Position numbers and translations under genes: made by a program
The notes under the pieces: model-generated
Databases searched by the model: none
Seen by the model: the letters and a program-made list of their open reading frames with translations, nothing else
What the model was told of the DNA's origin: nothing
Part shown: positions 1-8,595 of the stretch, piece by piece
Position numbering within the stretch: the first letter of the stretch is position 1
Layout of the letters: each line of letters opens with the position of its first letter
Origin: an uncultured Chloroflexota bacterium
Lineage (GTDB): Bacteria > Chloroflexota > UBA6077 > CF-72
NCBI GenBank assembly: GCA_964435115.1
Contig: CAYSYM010000014.1
Location: 115-64,114 of the forward strand
Direction of reading: 5' to 3'
DNA length: 64,000 nt

Positions 1-269
1 CCAGCACCCGTGACCACCCGGCACCCTACCCGCTCGAGCTCGCCTACCGCCTGGTGCGCATGTTCTCGTTCGCCGGCGACACCGTGCTGGACCCGTTCGT
101 CGGGACTGGCACGACCACCAGGGCTGCCATGCTCGCGGCACGGAACAGCATCGGCATCGAGGTGGAGCCGTCCTACGTTCGCCTGGCGCAGCGCCGCCTG
201 GCGGATGTGCCGTTTGGCGTGACGCTCGAGGTCGAGATGCCCGGCTTGACAGAGCCGTCCCGGAGCTAG
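1..269 (+). CDS. DNA methyltransferase (N4/N6 MTase family), C-terminal fragment; the 5' end lies outside the window
   Basis: Frame 3 is open from nt 3. The translation ...HPAPYPLELAYRLVRMFSFAGDTVLDPFVGTGTTTRAA... carries the HPAxxPxEL and DPFxGxGTT motifs typical of N6/N4 DNA methylases. Stop at 267-269. Confidence 0.85.
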   Translation, partial: STRDHPAPYPLELAYRLVRMFSFAGDTVLDPFVGTGTTTRAAMLAARNSIGIEVEPSYVRLAQRRLADVPFGVTLEVEMPGLTEPSRS

Positions 270-450
270 TCCGGTGGGTGCGTGTCCCGCGCCCCCGAAC
301 GCCTCGTCGCCTGGACCCGAACGTACGTCTTCATTGGCCGCACGCTGGCCGGGCTCGCGCCGGCGTCGGGCGCGGAGCACTGGAGTCGCTGGCCTGCGTG
401 GCCGTACCCTTCGAGGGGAAGCCTGGGGCAGTGGGAGCCGGGGAGTGGGC

Positions 451-1872
451 ATGAGTCAGGTCGCTGTGGCGCGCGGGTCAGCGCTCGAACGATGGTTCCG
501 CCTGGCGGAGCAGCGGACCGACGTCGGAACCGAGGTCCGGGCCGGGCTGACCACGTTCATGCTCATGAGCTACATCATCGTCGTGAACGCGGTGATCCTG
601 ACCACCGGCGCCAGCGTGGCGGGGCTGGACGTCTCGTTCGCCGCGATCGTGACCAGCACCTGCCTGGTGGCCGGGCTGATGACGCTGGCCATGGGCGCGC
701 GGGCCAACCTGCCCTTCGCGCTCGCACCCGGCATGGGTATCAACGCCGTGGTGGCGTTCCAGCTCATCGCCGGCATGCGGTACTCCTTCGCCGAGGCGAT
801 GGGCGTGATCCTGCTGGAAGGGATCATCATCACCATCCTCGTCCTCACCGGCCTGCGGCAGTGGGTGATCCACGCGCTGCCACTGCCCCTGAAGCAGGCG
901 ATCGGGGCGGGCATCGGCCTGTTCCTGTTCGCCATCGGCGCCTACCAGGCCGGCTTCTTCGTGGTCCCGCTTGGCGCCACCCAGGGCGGCACCGTTCCGC
1001 CGCCCACCGCGGGCGCGCTGGGGCAGTTCACCGCGCCGCCGGTCCTCTTCGCCACCTTCGGCCTCCTCCTCACCGCGGCCCTCCTGAAGCTCGGCGTGAA
1101 GGGCGCGCTACTGCTGGGCATCCTGCTGACGACGGCCATCGGGATCGTGCTGCAGGCGCTGCTGGGCACGCGCCTCTCGGTGGTGCCGAACACGCTGGTG
1201 CTGCCGGCGCAGGTGGTCAGCGTGCCAGACTTCCGCTACCTGGGCGTCGGGATTGGCGGGCTCGAGTTCCTCACCCGGGGCGCCGGCAGCGGGCTCCTGG
1301 CGGGCCTGCTGGCCACCGTGTCGATCATGCTCAGCGATTTCTTCGACACCGCCGGCACGTTCACCGCCCTGGGAACCGAGGCCGGCCTGACGGACGAGCG
1401 AGGCAACCTGCGCGAGAACGAGGACCGCGCGTTCGTGGTGGACTCCCTGGCCGCGGCGGTGGGCGGCCTGGTGGGCTCGTCGAGCGCGACCACCTACATC
1501 GAGAGTGGGGCCGGGATCGCGGAGGGCGGACGGACCGGCCTGACGGCCGTGGTGGCCGCCATCCCGTTCTTCCTGGCCATGTGGCTGGCCAGCCTGTTCG
1601 CGATCGTGCCGCAAGAGGCCACCGCGGGCGCGCTCATGATCGTGGGCCTGCTCATGCTGGCCGCGGTTGGCAGTGAGATCCCGTGGAAGCGCTTCTCGGT
1701 CGGCCTGCCAGCCGTCTTCACGGTCATGCTTATGCCGCTCACGTGGAGCATCACCAACGGCATAGGCGCCGGCTTGATCCTCTACACGCTCCTCAACCCA
1801 CGGCAGGCCGGCGCGGCGCTGTGGATCGTCTCGGCCGTGTTCGCCCTCTACTTCGCGGTCGGCGCCCGGTAG
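451..1872 (+). CDS. NCS2-family permease (AzgA/PbuG-like adenine/guanine/hypoxanthine transporter)
   Basis: ATG at 451 is preceded by GGGAG at 441-445. The N-terminus LERWFRLAEQRTDVGTEVRAGLTTFMLMSYIIVVN matches the AzgA/PbuG signature. The protein is polytopic and hydrophobic throughout. The 59 codons upstream in the ORF track are Arg/Gly-rich and non-membrane. Confidence 0.85.
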   Translation: MSQVAVARGSALERWFRLAEQRTDVGTEVRAGLTTFMLMSYIIVVNAVILTTGASVAGLDVSFAAIVTSTCLVAGLMTLAMGARANLPFALAPGMGINAVVAFQLIAGMRYSFAEAMGVILLEGIIITILVLTGLRQWVIHALPLPLKQAIGAGIGLFLFAIGAYQAGFFVVPLGATQGGTVPPPTAGALGQFTAPPVLFATFGLLLTAALLKLGVKGALLLGILLTTAIGIVLQALLGTRLSVVPNTLVLPAQVVSVPDFRYLGVGIGGLEFLTRGAGSGLLAGLLATVSIMLSDFFDTAGTFTALGTEAGLTDERGNLRENEDRAFVVDSLAAAVGGLVGSSSATTYIESGAGIAEGGRTGLTAVVAAIPFFLAMWLASLFAIVPQEATAGALMIVGLLMLAAVGSEIPWKRFSVGLPAVFTVMLMPLTWSITNGIGAGLILYTLLNPRQAGAALWIVSAVFALYFAVGAR

Positions 1873-1956
1873 AGCCGGCCCGGCACCACTCCTCCCATCT
1901 CCTCCCCGGCAACGGCGCGCGCTCATCCGGTCGGACCTGGTGCGGCACCAATTGGT

Positions 1957-1972
1957 GTACCATCTAGGGTAC
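1957..1972. promoter_or_regulatory. Inverted repeat GTACC-N6-GGTAC just upstream of the toxin-antitoxin operon; candidate antitoxin operator
   Basis: GTACC at 1957-1961 and GGTAC at 1968-1972 are reverse complements. They sit in a locally AT-richer patch 17 nt upstream of the antitoxin ATG. AAGAGG RBS at 1976-1981. Confidence 0.25.
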
Positions 1973-1988
1973 TGAAAGAGGTGCTCCC

Positions 1989-2258
1989 ATGCAGACGATC
2001 CCGGCGCGCGAGATCAAGCGGCGCGGCCTCAGCGCGGTGGACCAGGCGCTGGCAGAGGGGCCGGTCCACGTGATCAAGAACGACGTCCCCACCTACGTGG
2101 TGCTCACAGAGGCGCACTACCGCGACCTGCTCGCGGCGCAGGAGGAGGCGTACCTGGCGCGGCTGAGGGCGTCGCTGGAGGACGTCCAGGCCGGCCGGGT
2201 ACGGCGGGTCACGGCCCAGCAGCTCATCGACGAGCTGCGGCTCGAAGACGCGGAGTGA
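1989..2258 (+). CDS. Type II antitoxin, Phd/YefM-like
   Basis: 89-aa protein. The N-terminus (MQTIPAREIKRRGLSAVDQALAEGPVHVIKNDVPTYVVLTEAHYRDL) resembles the Phd/YefM fold and the tail is acidic. A 4-nt GTGA overlap couples it to the downstream toxin gene. Confidence 0.75.
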   Translation: MQTIPAREIKRRGLSAVDQALAEGPVHVIKNDVPTYVVLTEAHYRDLLAAQEEAYLARLRASLEDVQAGRVRRVTAQQLIDELRLEDAE

Positions 2259-2539
2259 GCTACGTCCTCGTCCCGACGCGCCACTTCGACCGACAGGCGG
2301 AGCGGTTTCGCCGGGCGTACCCCGAGCTCCGGCGGCGCCTCGCGAGCGTCCTGCGGGATCTTGAGACCGATCCCCACCAGCCACACCTGCGGCTGCACTC
2401 ATTGCGGGGCCAGCTGGCGGGTCTTCAGGCGGTCAGCGTGACGTACGCCTACCGCCTCGTGCTGACGATCCAGGTCACGGAACGCGAGGTCATCCTGCTC
2501 GACATCGGCAGCCACGACGAGGTCTACCGTGATGCCTGA
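2255..2539 (+). CDS. Type II toxin, RelE/ParE (YafQ-like) superfamily
   Basis: 94 aa. Pattern ...HSLRGQLAGLQAVSVTYAYRLVLTIQVTEREVILLDIGSHDEVY is typical of RelE/YafQ mRNA interferases. Translationally coupled to the antitoxin. Confidence 0.75.
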   Translation: MSYVLVPTRHFDRQAERFRRAYPELRRRLASVLRDLETDPHQPHLRLHSLRGQLAGLQAVSVTYAYRLVLTIQVTEREVILLDIGSHDEVYRDA

Positions 2540-2613
2540 CGGCGCGGGCAGTAGCAGCAACCAGGGCGGGTCCTGCACCACGCTCCAGCGCGAGCTCGGC
2601 TGAGGGGCCGGCC

Positions 2614-3726
2614 ATGGCACGCGCGCCCGCGACCCCCGCGTGCGTCCGGTGCGGCTCGCCTGCGCCCGGTCCGACCGCCTGGTGCTGTGCCGCGTGCGGC
2701 GGGCCGTTCGAGCTTCCGCCACTCGACCTCGACCCCGGCGTGCTGGACCCACGTGCCAGTGGCCTCTGGCGCTACCGCGCCTGGCTCCCGCTCGCCGGCG
2801 ACCCCGTCTCGCTGGGCGAGCCCGAGACTCCCCTCGTCGCCGTGGCCTGGGATGAGGCGCGCACACTCATGAAGGTGGAGGGGCTGCTGCCCACCGGGTC
2901 GTTCAAGGATCGCGGCACGGCCGCCATGGTGACGCACCTGCGGCGCGTCGGGGCACGCCACGTCGTCGAGGACTCTTCGGGCAACGCCGGCGCGTCCGTC
3001 GCCGGGTACTGCGCCCGCGCCGGCATCGCCTGTGCCATCTACGTACCCGAGATAGCTTCACCCGCCAAGCTCCGCCAGGTAGAGGCGTACGGGGCGCGCC
3101 TGGTACGCGTGCCCGGCAGCCGCGAGGCGACGGCCGAGGCGGCGCGCCGCGCGGCCGCGCAGACGGCCTACGCCAGCCACGTCTGGAGCCCGTACTTCCT
3201 GGCGGGCACCCGGACCTGCGCTTTCGAGCTGTGGGAGCAGCTCGACCGGCGCGCCCCGGACCACGTGGTGCTGCCAGTTGGCTCCGGGACCTTGCTGCTG
3301 GGGCTGGCACGCGGCTTCGACGCGCTGCGAGCGGCTGGCCTGGTGGCGGGGGTGCCACGGCTGTGGGCCGTCCAGGCCGCCTCCGTCGCGCCACTCGTGC
3401 GGGCGCTCGGCGGGGAACCCGTTGTTCCCCCTCCCGAGGGCTGGACCGCCCCGGTGGCCGAGGGGATCGCCATCGCCCGGCCCGTGCGGGAGCAGGAGAT
3501 CCTCGCCGCGCTGAGGGCGAGTCGGGGTGGCGCGGTCGCCGTCGACGACGCGTCGGTGCTCGCGGCCCAGGCCGAGCTGGCGCGGCAGGGGCTGTACGCG
3601 GAGCCCACCTCCGCCGCAGCGCCAGCCGGCTTGCGGACGCTCCTCGCGGCCGGGCGGATTGGCCGCCAGGAGCAGACCGTCGTCGTGCTCACTGGCCACG
3701 GCCTGAAGACCCCGCCCCGGCACTGA
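2614..3726 (+). CDS. thrC: PLP-dependent threonine synthase family protein with N-terminal Cys4 zinc ribbon
   Basis: GSFKDRG PLP-lysine motif. CVRCG...CAACG zinc ribbon at the N-terminus. GNAG and SGT(L) motifs of fold-type II PLP enzymes. Confidence 0.8.
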   Translation: MARAPATPACVRCGSPAPGPTAWCCAACGGPFELPPLDLDPGVLDPRASGLWRYRAWLPLAGDPVSLGEPETPLVAVAWDEARTLMKVEGLLPTGSFKDRGTAAMVTHLRRVGARHVVEDSSGNAGASVAGYCARAGIACAIYVPEIASPAKLRQVEAYGARLVRVPGSREATAEAARRAAAQTAYASHVWSPYFLAGTRTCAFELWEQLDRRAPDHVVLPVGSGTLLLGLARGFDALRAAGLVAGVPRLWAVQAASVAPLVRALGGEPVVPPPEGWTAPVAEGIAIARPVREQEILAALRASRGGAVAVDDASVLAAQAELARQGLYAEPTSAAAPAGLRTLLAAGRIGRQEQTVVVLTGHGLKTPPRH

Positions 3727-3874
3727 GCGCTCCACGCTCCGCGTTCTCGCCGGCGCGGAAGATCGGTCAGGTGGCCGACGTCAGCCCCCGCCGTCCGGCC
3801 GATACCTCTCCTGGGAACCGGCCCTGGGAGCGGGCCAGCCACGTGGGCCCGATTCGGCCCGCCGGCTGGCCCGG

Positions 3875-4390
3875 GTGGAACGCAGCACGCGCGCGGGCGG
3901 TCAGTTGGAGCCGCCCGGTCCACGCAGCACCCGGGGCTGGCGCTCACACGGGAACGCCGCCCTCCAGCGTGCCACGGGGCGACTGCTGGGAGGTGCTTCC
4001 ACGGAGACAACGGCTTCAGTCGAGGGGACGGTTCTCGTTGCCGACGACGACCCGGGCATGCGCCGCCTCATGTGCGCCATCCTTGGCGGGCGGTTCGCGC
4101 TTCTCGAGGCCGGGGACGGCGAGGAGGCGCTCCGGGCGGTGCGCACGCATCGACCCGATCTCCTCCTCCTCGACGTCAACATGCCTGGCCGCGACGGGCT
4201 GCAGGTGTGCCGGCTGCTGAAGGAGGCGCCTGACACCCGCCACATCAAGGTCGTCCTGGTCAGCGCGCGGGCCACCCCGTCCGACCAGGCGAAGGGACGG
4301 GCGGCCGGTGCCGATGACTACGTGACGAAGCCGTTCAGTCCGCGCGACCTGCTGCTGCTCGTGGAGCGGCTGCTGGCCGACAATCGGTAG
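3875..4390 (+). CDS. Stand-alone response regulator receiver (CheY-like); start uncertain
   Basis: The C-terminal ~120 aa read VLVADDDPGMRRL...LLLLDVNMPGRDG...VVLVSAR...GADDYVTKPF. No output domain. The nearest canonical start is GTG 3875, which gives a ~48-aa Arg/Gly-rich leader. Confidence 0.75.
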   Translation: MERSTRAGGQLEPPGPRSTRGWRSHGNAALQRATGRLLGGASTETTASVEGTVLVADDDPGMRRLMCAILGGRFALLEAGDGEEALRAVRTHRPDLLLLDVNMPGRDGLQVCRLLKEAPDTRHIKVVLVSARATPSDQAKGRAAGADDYVTKPFSPRDLLLLVERLLADNR

Positions 4391-4391
4391 C

Positions 4392-4418
4392 CAAGCGGGC
4401 TGCACGCTGGCCCGCTTG
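4392..4418 (+). terminator. GC-rich hairpin directly after the receiver gene stop
   Basis: CAAGCGGGC (4392-4400) pairs perfectly with GCCCGCTTG (4410-4418), with a 9-nt loop. No U-tract follows. Confidence 0.45.
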
Positions 4419-4516
4419 CCGGGCCATGCAGGAGCGGAACGCTTCCGACACCGGGGGGACCCGGACGCGGAAACCGCTCGGCGCTGCGGCCACCAGCCCG
4501 CCGTCCCACGGGCTCC

Positions 4517-4552
4517 GGGCAGGCCGGCGCGGAACCGCCCGCGCGCCTGCCC
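4517..4552 (-). terminator. Long GC-rich hairpin downstream of the minus-strand receiver gene
   Basis: GGGCAGGC (4517-4524) pairs with GCCTGCCC (4545-4552), and GCGCGG (4527-4532) pairs with CCGCGC (4539-4544). This gives about 14 bp of stem with a 2-nt bulge. It lies 23 nt past the stop at 4575. Confidence 0.45.
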
Positions 4553-4574
4553 CCTGGCCTGAGCGCCGTCCTCC

Positions 4575-4946
4575 TCACTGTGGGAGGAGCTGGTACAGCT
4601 TGTCGAGGAGCTCGACCGGGCTGAAGGGCTTGGTGAGGAAGGCGTCGGCGCCGGCCTGCTGCCCGCGAGCGCGCTCCTGCGGCCCCTGCAGGGCGGTCAG
4701 CAGGATCACCCTGGCGTGGCTGGTCTGAGGGTCAGCCTTCAGAGCCTCGCACACGTCGAAGCCGTTGAGGCCGGGCATGACCACGTCGAGGACGACCACG
4801 TCCGGCAGGTGCTCGCGGGCGAGGCGAAGGGCCTCGAGGCCGTCGGCGGCGAGCAGCAGGGCAAAGTCAGGGTTGGCGAGCGTGGCGCTCAGCAGGCGCC
4901 GGAGCCCGGCGTCGTCGTCGGCGATCAGAACGGTGTAGCGGGCCAT
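4575..4946 (-). CDS. Stand-alone response regulator receiver (CheY-like)
   Basis: 123 aa. MARYTVLIADDDAGLRRL...VVVLDVVMPGLNG...VILLTAL...GADAFLTKPF. Receiver domain only. Confidence 0.88.
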   Translation of the reverse strand: MARYTVLIADDDAGLRRLLSATLANPDFALLLAADGLEALRLAREHLPDVVVLDVVMPGLNGFDVCEALKADPQTSHARVILLTALQGPQERARGQQAGADAFLTKPFSPVELLDKLYQLLPQ

Positions 4947-5033
4947 CGCAGGGAGCGGGGGACGCGCTCCATCCTACCCGGGAACCGACCGTCCGGTCAG
5001 CCGGGTAGCCCGTCGAGCGGCGCGAGCCGGGAG

Positions 5034-5915
5034 CTACTCCGGCGTCTCGACCAGGGCGAAGCGCGTCCCGAGCGCCTGCTCGGGTGGGATCAGCCTGCCT
5101 CCTGGCGTACCCGGCGCGTCGCGCAGCGCGACGCCGGCGCGCTGGAGGACGCTCGCGGCCCGCACCAGGCTCGCCACGCGGAGAGTGACCTGGTACGGCC
5201 CCTCTCCCGCGCGGTCGAGCTCAGCGCGTAGCGGCCCGTTGCCGCTCGGCGCCACCAGGGCGATCGCGAAGTCGCCCAGGCGGTAGCGCGCGCGGGTGGC
5301 CCCCAGCTCGGGGACCGTGTCCTGGCACTCGAGCGCCAGCCCGAGCTGCCGCTCGTACAGGTGCCGGCCCCCGTCTAGGTCGCGGATGAGCACGGTGACG
5401 CCGGCGACGCCCATGGCGCCCAGCTCGTGCGCACCAGGCTGCTCCCACTTCAGACGCTCCGCATCCGGCAATGCCCACTGAATGACGAACGGCCACGGCC
5501 GTCGCCACGCCACCCCGCCGGGAACGAGCAGCCGCCACCGGAGCACTGGTCCGTCGGGGCGCTCGCGCTCCATCGCCAATGGCCCCTCGACCTCCAGCCC
5601 GGCCGCGCGGACGCGCCCTGCCAGGGCGTCGAGCGCGTCCGCAGCCAGGCAGTAGCCCACCGGGCCGCCCTCGTGCTGGGCCAGGTAGTCCACCAGGGCG
5701 CTCCCGTTGGGGCCCGAGGCACGCGCCTCGGCCGGATCGTAGACCGCCAGCAGCTCCAGGTAGTCCACCCCGAAGCGGATGAGCCCGTTGTGCGTGCCGC
5801 GTCCGGTGTGCCTGCCACCCGGACGGGCGTCGAGCCCCAGCACCTCGCGGCAGTGGGCGATAGCGCTGTCCAGGTCACGGACGGCGATCACGGCATGGTC
5901 GAACCGCTGAAGCAT
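5034..5915 (-). CDS. VOC (glyoxalase/bleomycin-resistance/dioxygenase) family protein, two-domain
   Basis: FDHAVIAVRDLDSAIAHCREVLGL is a typical VOC N-terminus, and a second repeat (GVAGVTVLIRDLDGGRHLYERQLGL) follows. GAGAGGTGAGG RBS upstream of the ATG at 5915. Confidence 0.75.
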   Translation of the reverse strand: MLQRFDHAVIAVRDLDSAIAHCREVLGLDARPGGRHTGRGTHNGLIRFGVDYLELLAVYDPAEARASGPNGSALVDYLAQHEGGPVGYCLAADALDALAGRVRAAGLEVEGPLAMERERPDGPVLRWRLLVPGGVAWRRPWPFVIQWALPDAERLKWEQPGAHELGAMGVAGVTVLIRDLDGGRHLYERQLGLALECQDTVPELGATRARYRLGDFAIALVAPSGNGPLRAELDRAGEGPYQVTLRVASLVRAASVLQRAGVALRDAPGTPGGRLIPPEQALGTRFALVETPE

Positions 5916-6017
5916 GGCACCTCACCTCTCGTCAAGCCCGACCCGTGGGATGGGACTCCATCTGCGCTCCATCCTGGCGCACCTCCCCGTCCACCGGCGA
6001 GCGGGCACACGCAGCGC

Positions 6018-7004
6018 CTACGCGAAGGCCGGCAGCACTTCTTCGGTGACCCGCTTGAACTGGCGCTCCTGGTCGTACCCGGTCAGCCGCAACGTGATGG
6101 TGGTGGTCCCGGCGTCGACGAACTGGCGCAGGTTCTCGATGCACTCGGCCGGCGAGCCCATCGCAACCCAGCGCTCCAGGAACGGCCGTGAGTAGTCCAC
6201 CCCGTAGTAGGAATCCAGGAAGCGCTTCGTCTCCTGGAACCCCGCCTCGCGGTCCTCGTTCACGTTGATGTTGTAGTAGTGGCAGACCTCGAAGCCGGCC
6301 GGAAGCGCCCGCCCCTCCTCGTCGGCGTAGCGCCGGATCAGCTCCAGGGACCGGCGCACCTCGTCGGGACTCTTGGCCGTCGTCATCCAGCCATCGCCGT
6401 ACCGGGCCACGCGGCGGTAGGCGGTCTCGACGTTGCGCGTCTTGGCCAGGTCCGGGTTCGCGGTCACCCAGACGGGCAGCGGCTGCTGCACCGGTCGCGG
6501 CAGCACAGTCACGTCCTGGAAGCGGTTGTACTGGCCTTCGTAGCTCGCGTGCTCCTGGGTGGAGATGAGCCGCATGATCTCGATGGCTTCTTCCATGCGC
6601 CGCATGCGGCTGCCCGGGTCGATCCGGAGCGCCTCGAACTCCGGCTCGAAGGCTCCGCCACCGGCGCCCGGCTGGCCCTGGCAGGCGACGAACACGGTGC
6701 GACCACCCGAGAGGAAGTCCAGGCTGGCCCACTGGTAGGCCAGGATCAGCGCATCGCGCAGGGGTGTGCTGGCCATGCACGCCGCCCCCAGCCGCACCCG
6801 CCGGGTCCGCACGGCGAGCGCGCCGAGGAGCACCAGGGCGTCCAGGCGCGGCTTGGCGAAGATGGAGTCGCCCACCCACACCGAGTCCCACCCGGCGTCG
6901 TCGGCCCCGGCAGCCAGGCCGATCATCTGATCCACTGTGGTCGCGCCGATGATGACGCCTCGATTCGGCAGCGTCAGGCCGAAGCGGGCCTTCTGACCGG
7001 GCAT
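6018..7004 (-). CDS. LLM-class (luciferase-like) flavin/F420-dependent oxidoreductase
   Basis: FGLTLPNRG...AGWDSVWVGDSIFAKPRLDALVLLGALA pattern of LLM enzymes. The ATG at 7004 is preceded by AGGAGGTGA, which overlaps the livF stop. Confidence 0.8.
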   Translation of the reverse strand: MPGQKARFGLTLPNRGVIIGATTVDQMIGLAAGADDAGWDSVWVGDSIFAKPRLDALVLLGALAVRTRRVRLGAACMASTPLRDALILAYQWASLDFLSGGRTVFVACQGQPGAGGGAFEPEFEALRIDPGSRMRRMEEAIEIMRLISTQEHASYEGQYNRFQDVTVLPRPVQQPLPVWVTANPDLAKTRNVETAYRRVARYGDGWMTTAKSPDEVRRSLELIRRYADEEGRALPAGFEVCHYYNINVNEDREAGFQETKRFLDSYYGVDYSRPFLERWVAMGSPAECIENLRQFVDAGTTTITLRLTGYDQERQFKRVTEEVLPAFA

Positions 7005-7012
7005 GCGGAACG

Positions 7013-7828
7013 TCACCTCCTGAGATCCATGGTCCGCCACGCGTGCGGGGCGCCCGGTGGCTGAGCCACGCCCAGGTAGCGCGCGCGCACCTCGTCGCTC
7101 GCGGCCAGGTCGGACGCGGCGCCGCTGGCGACGACCCGGCCGGTCTGGAGGACGTAGGCGCGGTCGGCCACCTCCAGCGCCATGCGGGCGTTCTGCTCCA
7201 CCAGGAGCACCGTCACGCCGCCTGCATGCAGGCGGCGCAGCAGGTCGAAGAGTTGGCGGACGACCACCGGCGCGAGGCCGAGGCTCGGCTCGTCGAGCAG
7301 CAGCACTTTCGGCCGCGCCATGAGGGCCCGGCCGATCGCCAGCATCTGCTGCTCACCGCCGGAGAGCGTGCCGGCCGGCTGCTTCACCCGCTCGCCGAGG
7401 ATGGGGAACAGCTCCAGCACCCGCGCGAGCTGCTCGGCCGCCTCCGCGCGCGAGCGGACGTACGCACCGAGGGCGAGGTTGTCGCCCACTGTCATCTCGC
7501 CGAAGATCCGTCGACCTTCGGGCACCAGCACCAGCCCGCGCCGCGGAAGCGCGTGGGGTGCGACGCGGCGCAGGGAGCGGCCTTCCAGGCGGACGTCGCC
7601 GCCAGCGAGGGGGACCAGCCCGGCGACCGCGCGCAGCGTGCTACTCTTGCCCGCGCCGTTGGGGCCGATCAGCGCGACCAGCTCGCCGGCCGCGACATCG
7701 AATGAGACACCGCTCACTGCGCGAATGGCCCCGTACTGGACGGTGACCTCCTCTACCGCCAGCACCGGCTCGGGCGCACCCGCGGCCGGCCGGCCGTCGC
7801 CGGGCGCAGAGGGCGCGGTGACGCTCAC
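7013..7828 (-). CDS. livF: Branched-chain amino acid ABC transporter ATP-binding protein
   Basis: Walker A GPNGAGKSS, signature LSGGEQQ, Walker B LLLDEPSLGLAP. GTG 7828 overlaps the livG TGA (GTGA). Confidence 0.9.
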   Translation of the reverse strand: MSVTAPSAPGDGRPAAGAPEPVLAVEEVTVQYGAIRAVSGVSFDVAAGELVALIGPNGAGKSSTLRAVAGLVPLAGGDVRLEGRSLRRVAPHALPRRGLVLVPEGRRIFGEMTVGDNLALGAYVRSRAEAAEQLARVLELFPILGERVKQPAGTLSGGEQQMLAIGRALMARPKVLLLDEPSLGLAPVVVRQLFDLLRRLHAGGVTVLLVEQNARMALEVADRAYVLQTGRVVASGAASDLAASDEVRARYLGVAQPPGAPHAWRTMDLRR

Positions 7829-8595
7829 GCGGCCTCTCCCAGGTAGGCGCGCAGCACCTCCGGGTGGCGGGTCACCTCCTCGGGGGTGCCGCTGGCGATG
7901 GTCGCGCCGTGGTCGAGGACGACGACGCGCTCGCACAGCCGCATGACGACGTCCAGGTGGTGCTCGACCAGGAGGATCGCCAGCCGGTGGCGGACGCGCA
8001 CCTCCGCCAGGAAGTCGGCCAGGGTCGCGGCTTCCACGTCGTTCATGCCGGCCGCCGGCTCGTCGAGCAGGAGCAGCTTCGGCTCCGTCGCCAGGGCGCG
8101 CACGATCTCCACACGGCGCTGGTCGCCGTAGGCGAGCGTGCGCGCCCGCCGGTCCTCCACCTGGCGGAGCTGGAACAGCTCCAGCAGCTCCTCGGCCTCC
8201 TCCCGCATGGCCCGCATGGTGGCGTGGTACCGCCGCGTCCTGGCCAGCACGTCCGCCAGGGAGACGTGACGCCGGGCCTGCGCGGCCGCTTCCACGTTCT
8301 GGCGCACCGTGAGGCTCCCGAACAGCCGGATGTGCTGGAACGTCCGCACCATCCCCCGGCGCGCGATCTCGCTCGGATCGGCGTGGGTGACCTCGTACCC
8401 GTCCAGCCAGACCTGGCCGCTGGTCGGCCGGTGGAACCCGGAGAGGAGGTTGATCACTGTGCTCTTGCCCGCGCCGTTGGGGCCAATGAGCCCCACGATC
8501 TCACCCGGCTGGACCTCCAGCGAGAAGTCCTCCACGGCGCGGACGCCGGCGAAGGTCTTACTGAGGTTCAGAACGGTAAGCAGGAGTCCTGGCAC
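7825..8595 (-). CDS. livG: Branched-chain amino acid ABC transporter ATP-binding protein
   Basis: LLTVLNLSKTFAGVRAVEDFSLEV..GPNGAGKST...LLLLDEPAAGMN. The GTG at 8595 is preceded by AAGGAGAGG. The upstream part of the track ORF is Arg/Cys-rich. Confidence 0.9.
   Translation of the reverse strand: MPGLLLTVLNLSKTFAGVRAVEDFSLEVQPGEIVGLIGPNGAGKSTVINLLSGFHRPTSGQVWLDGYEVTHADPSEIARRGMVRTFQHIRLFGSLTVRQNVEAAAQARRHVSLADVLARTRRYHATMRAMREEAEELLELFQLRQVEDRRARTLAYGDQRRVEIVRALATEPKLLLLDEPAAGMNDVEAATLADFLAEVRVRHRLAILLVEHHLDVVMRLCERVVVLDHGATIASGTPEEVTRHPEVLRAYLGEAA

Noticed and set aside
270-450. Possible purine riboswitch upstream of the purine permease
   Set aside because: I could not find the conserved purine-riboswitch core (U-rich junction with paired P2/P3 loops). 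The region is GC-rich with no matching three-way junction. A covariance-model scan (Rfam RF00167) would settle it.
282-1676. 464-aa ORF overlapping the permease gene in another frame
   Set aside because: Its composition is extreme in Arg/Gly/Pro/His (…RRRNRGPGRADHVHAHELHHRRERGDPDHRRQRGG…) and it has no motifs. It is a typical high-GC shadow of the real NCS2 permease frame.
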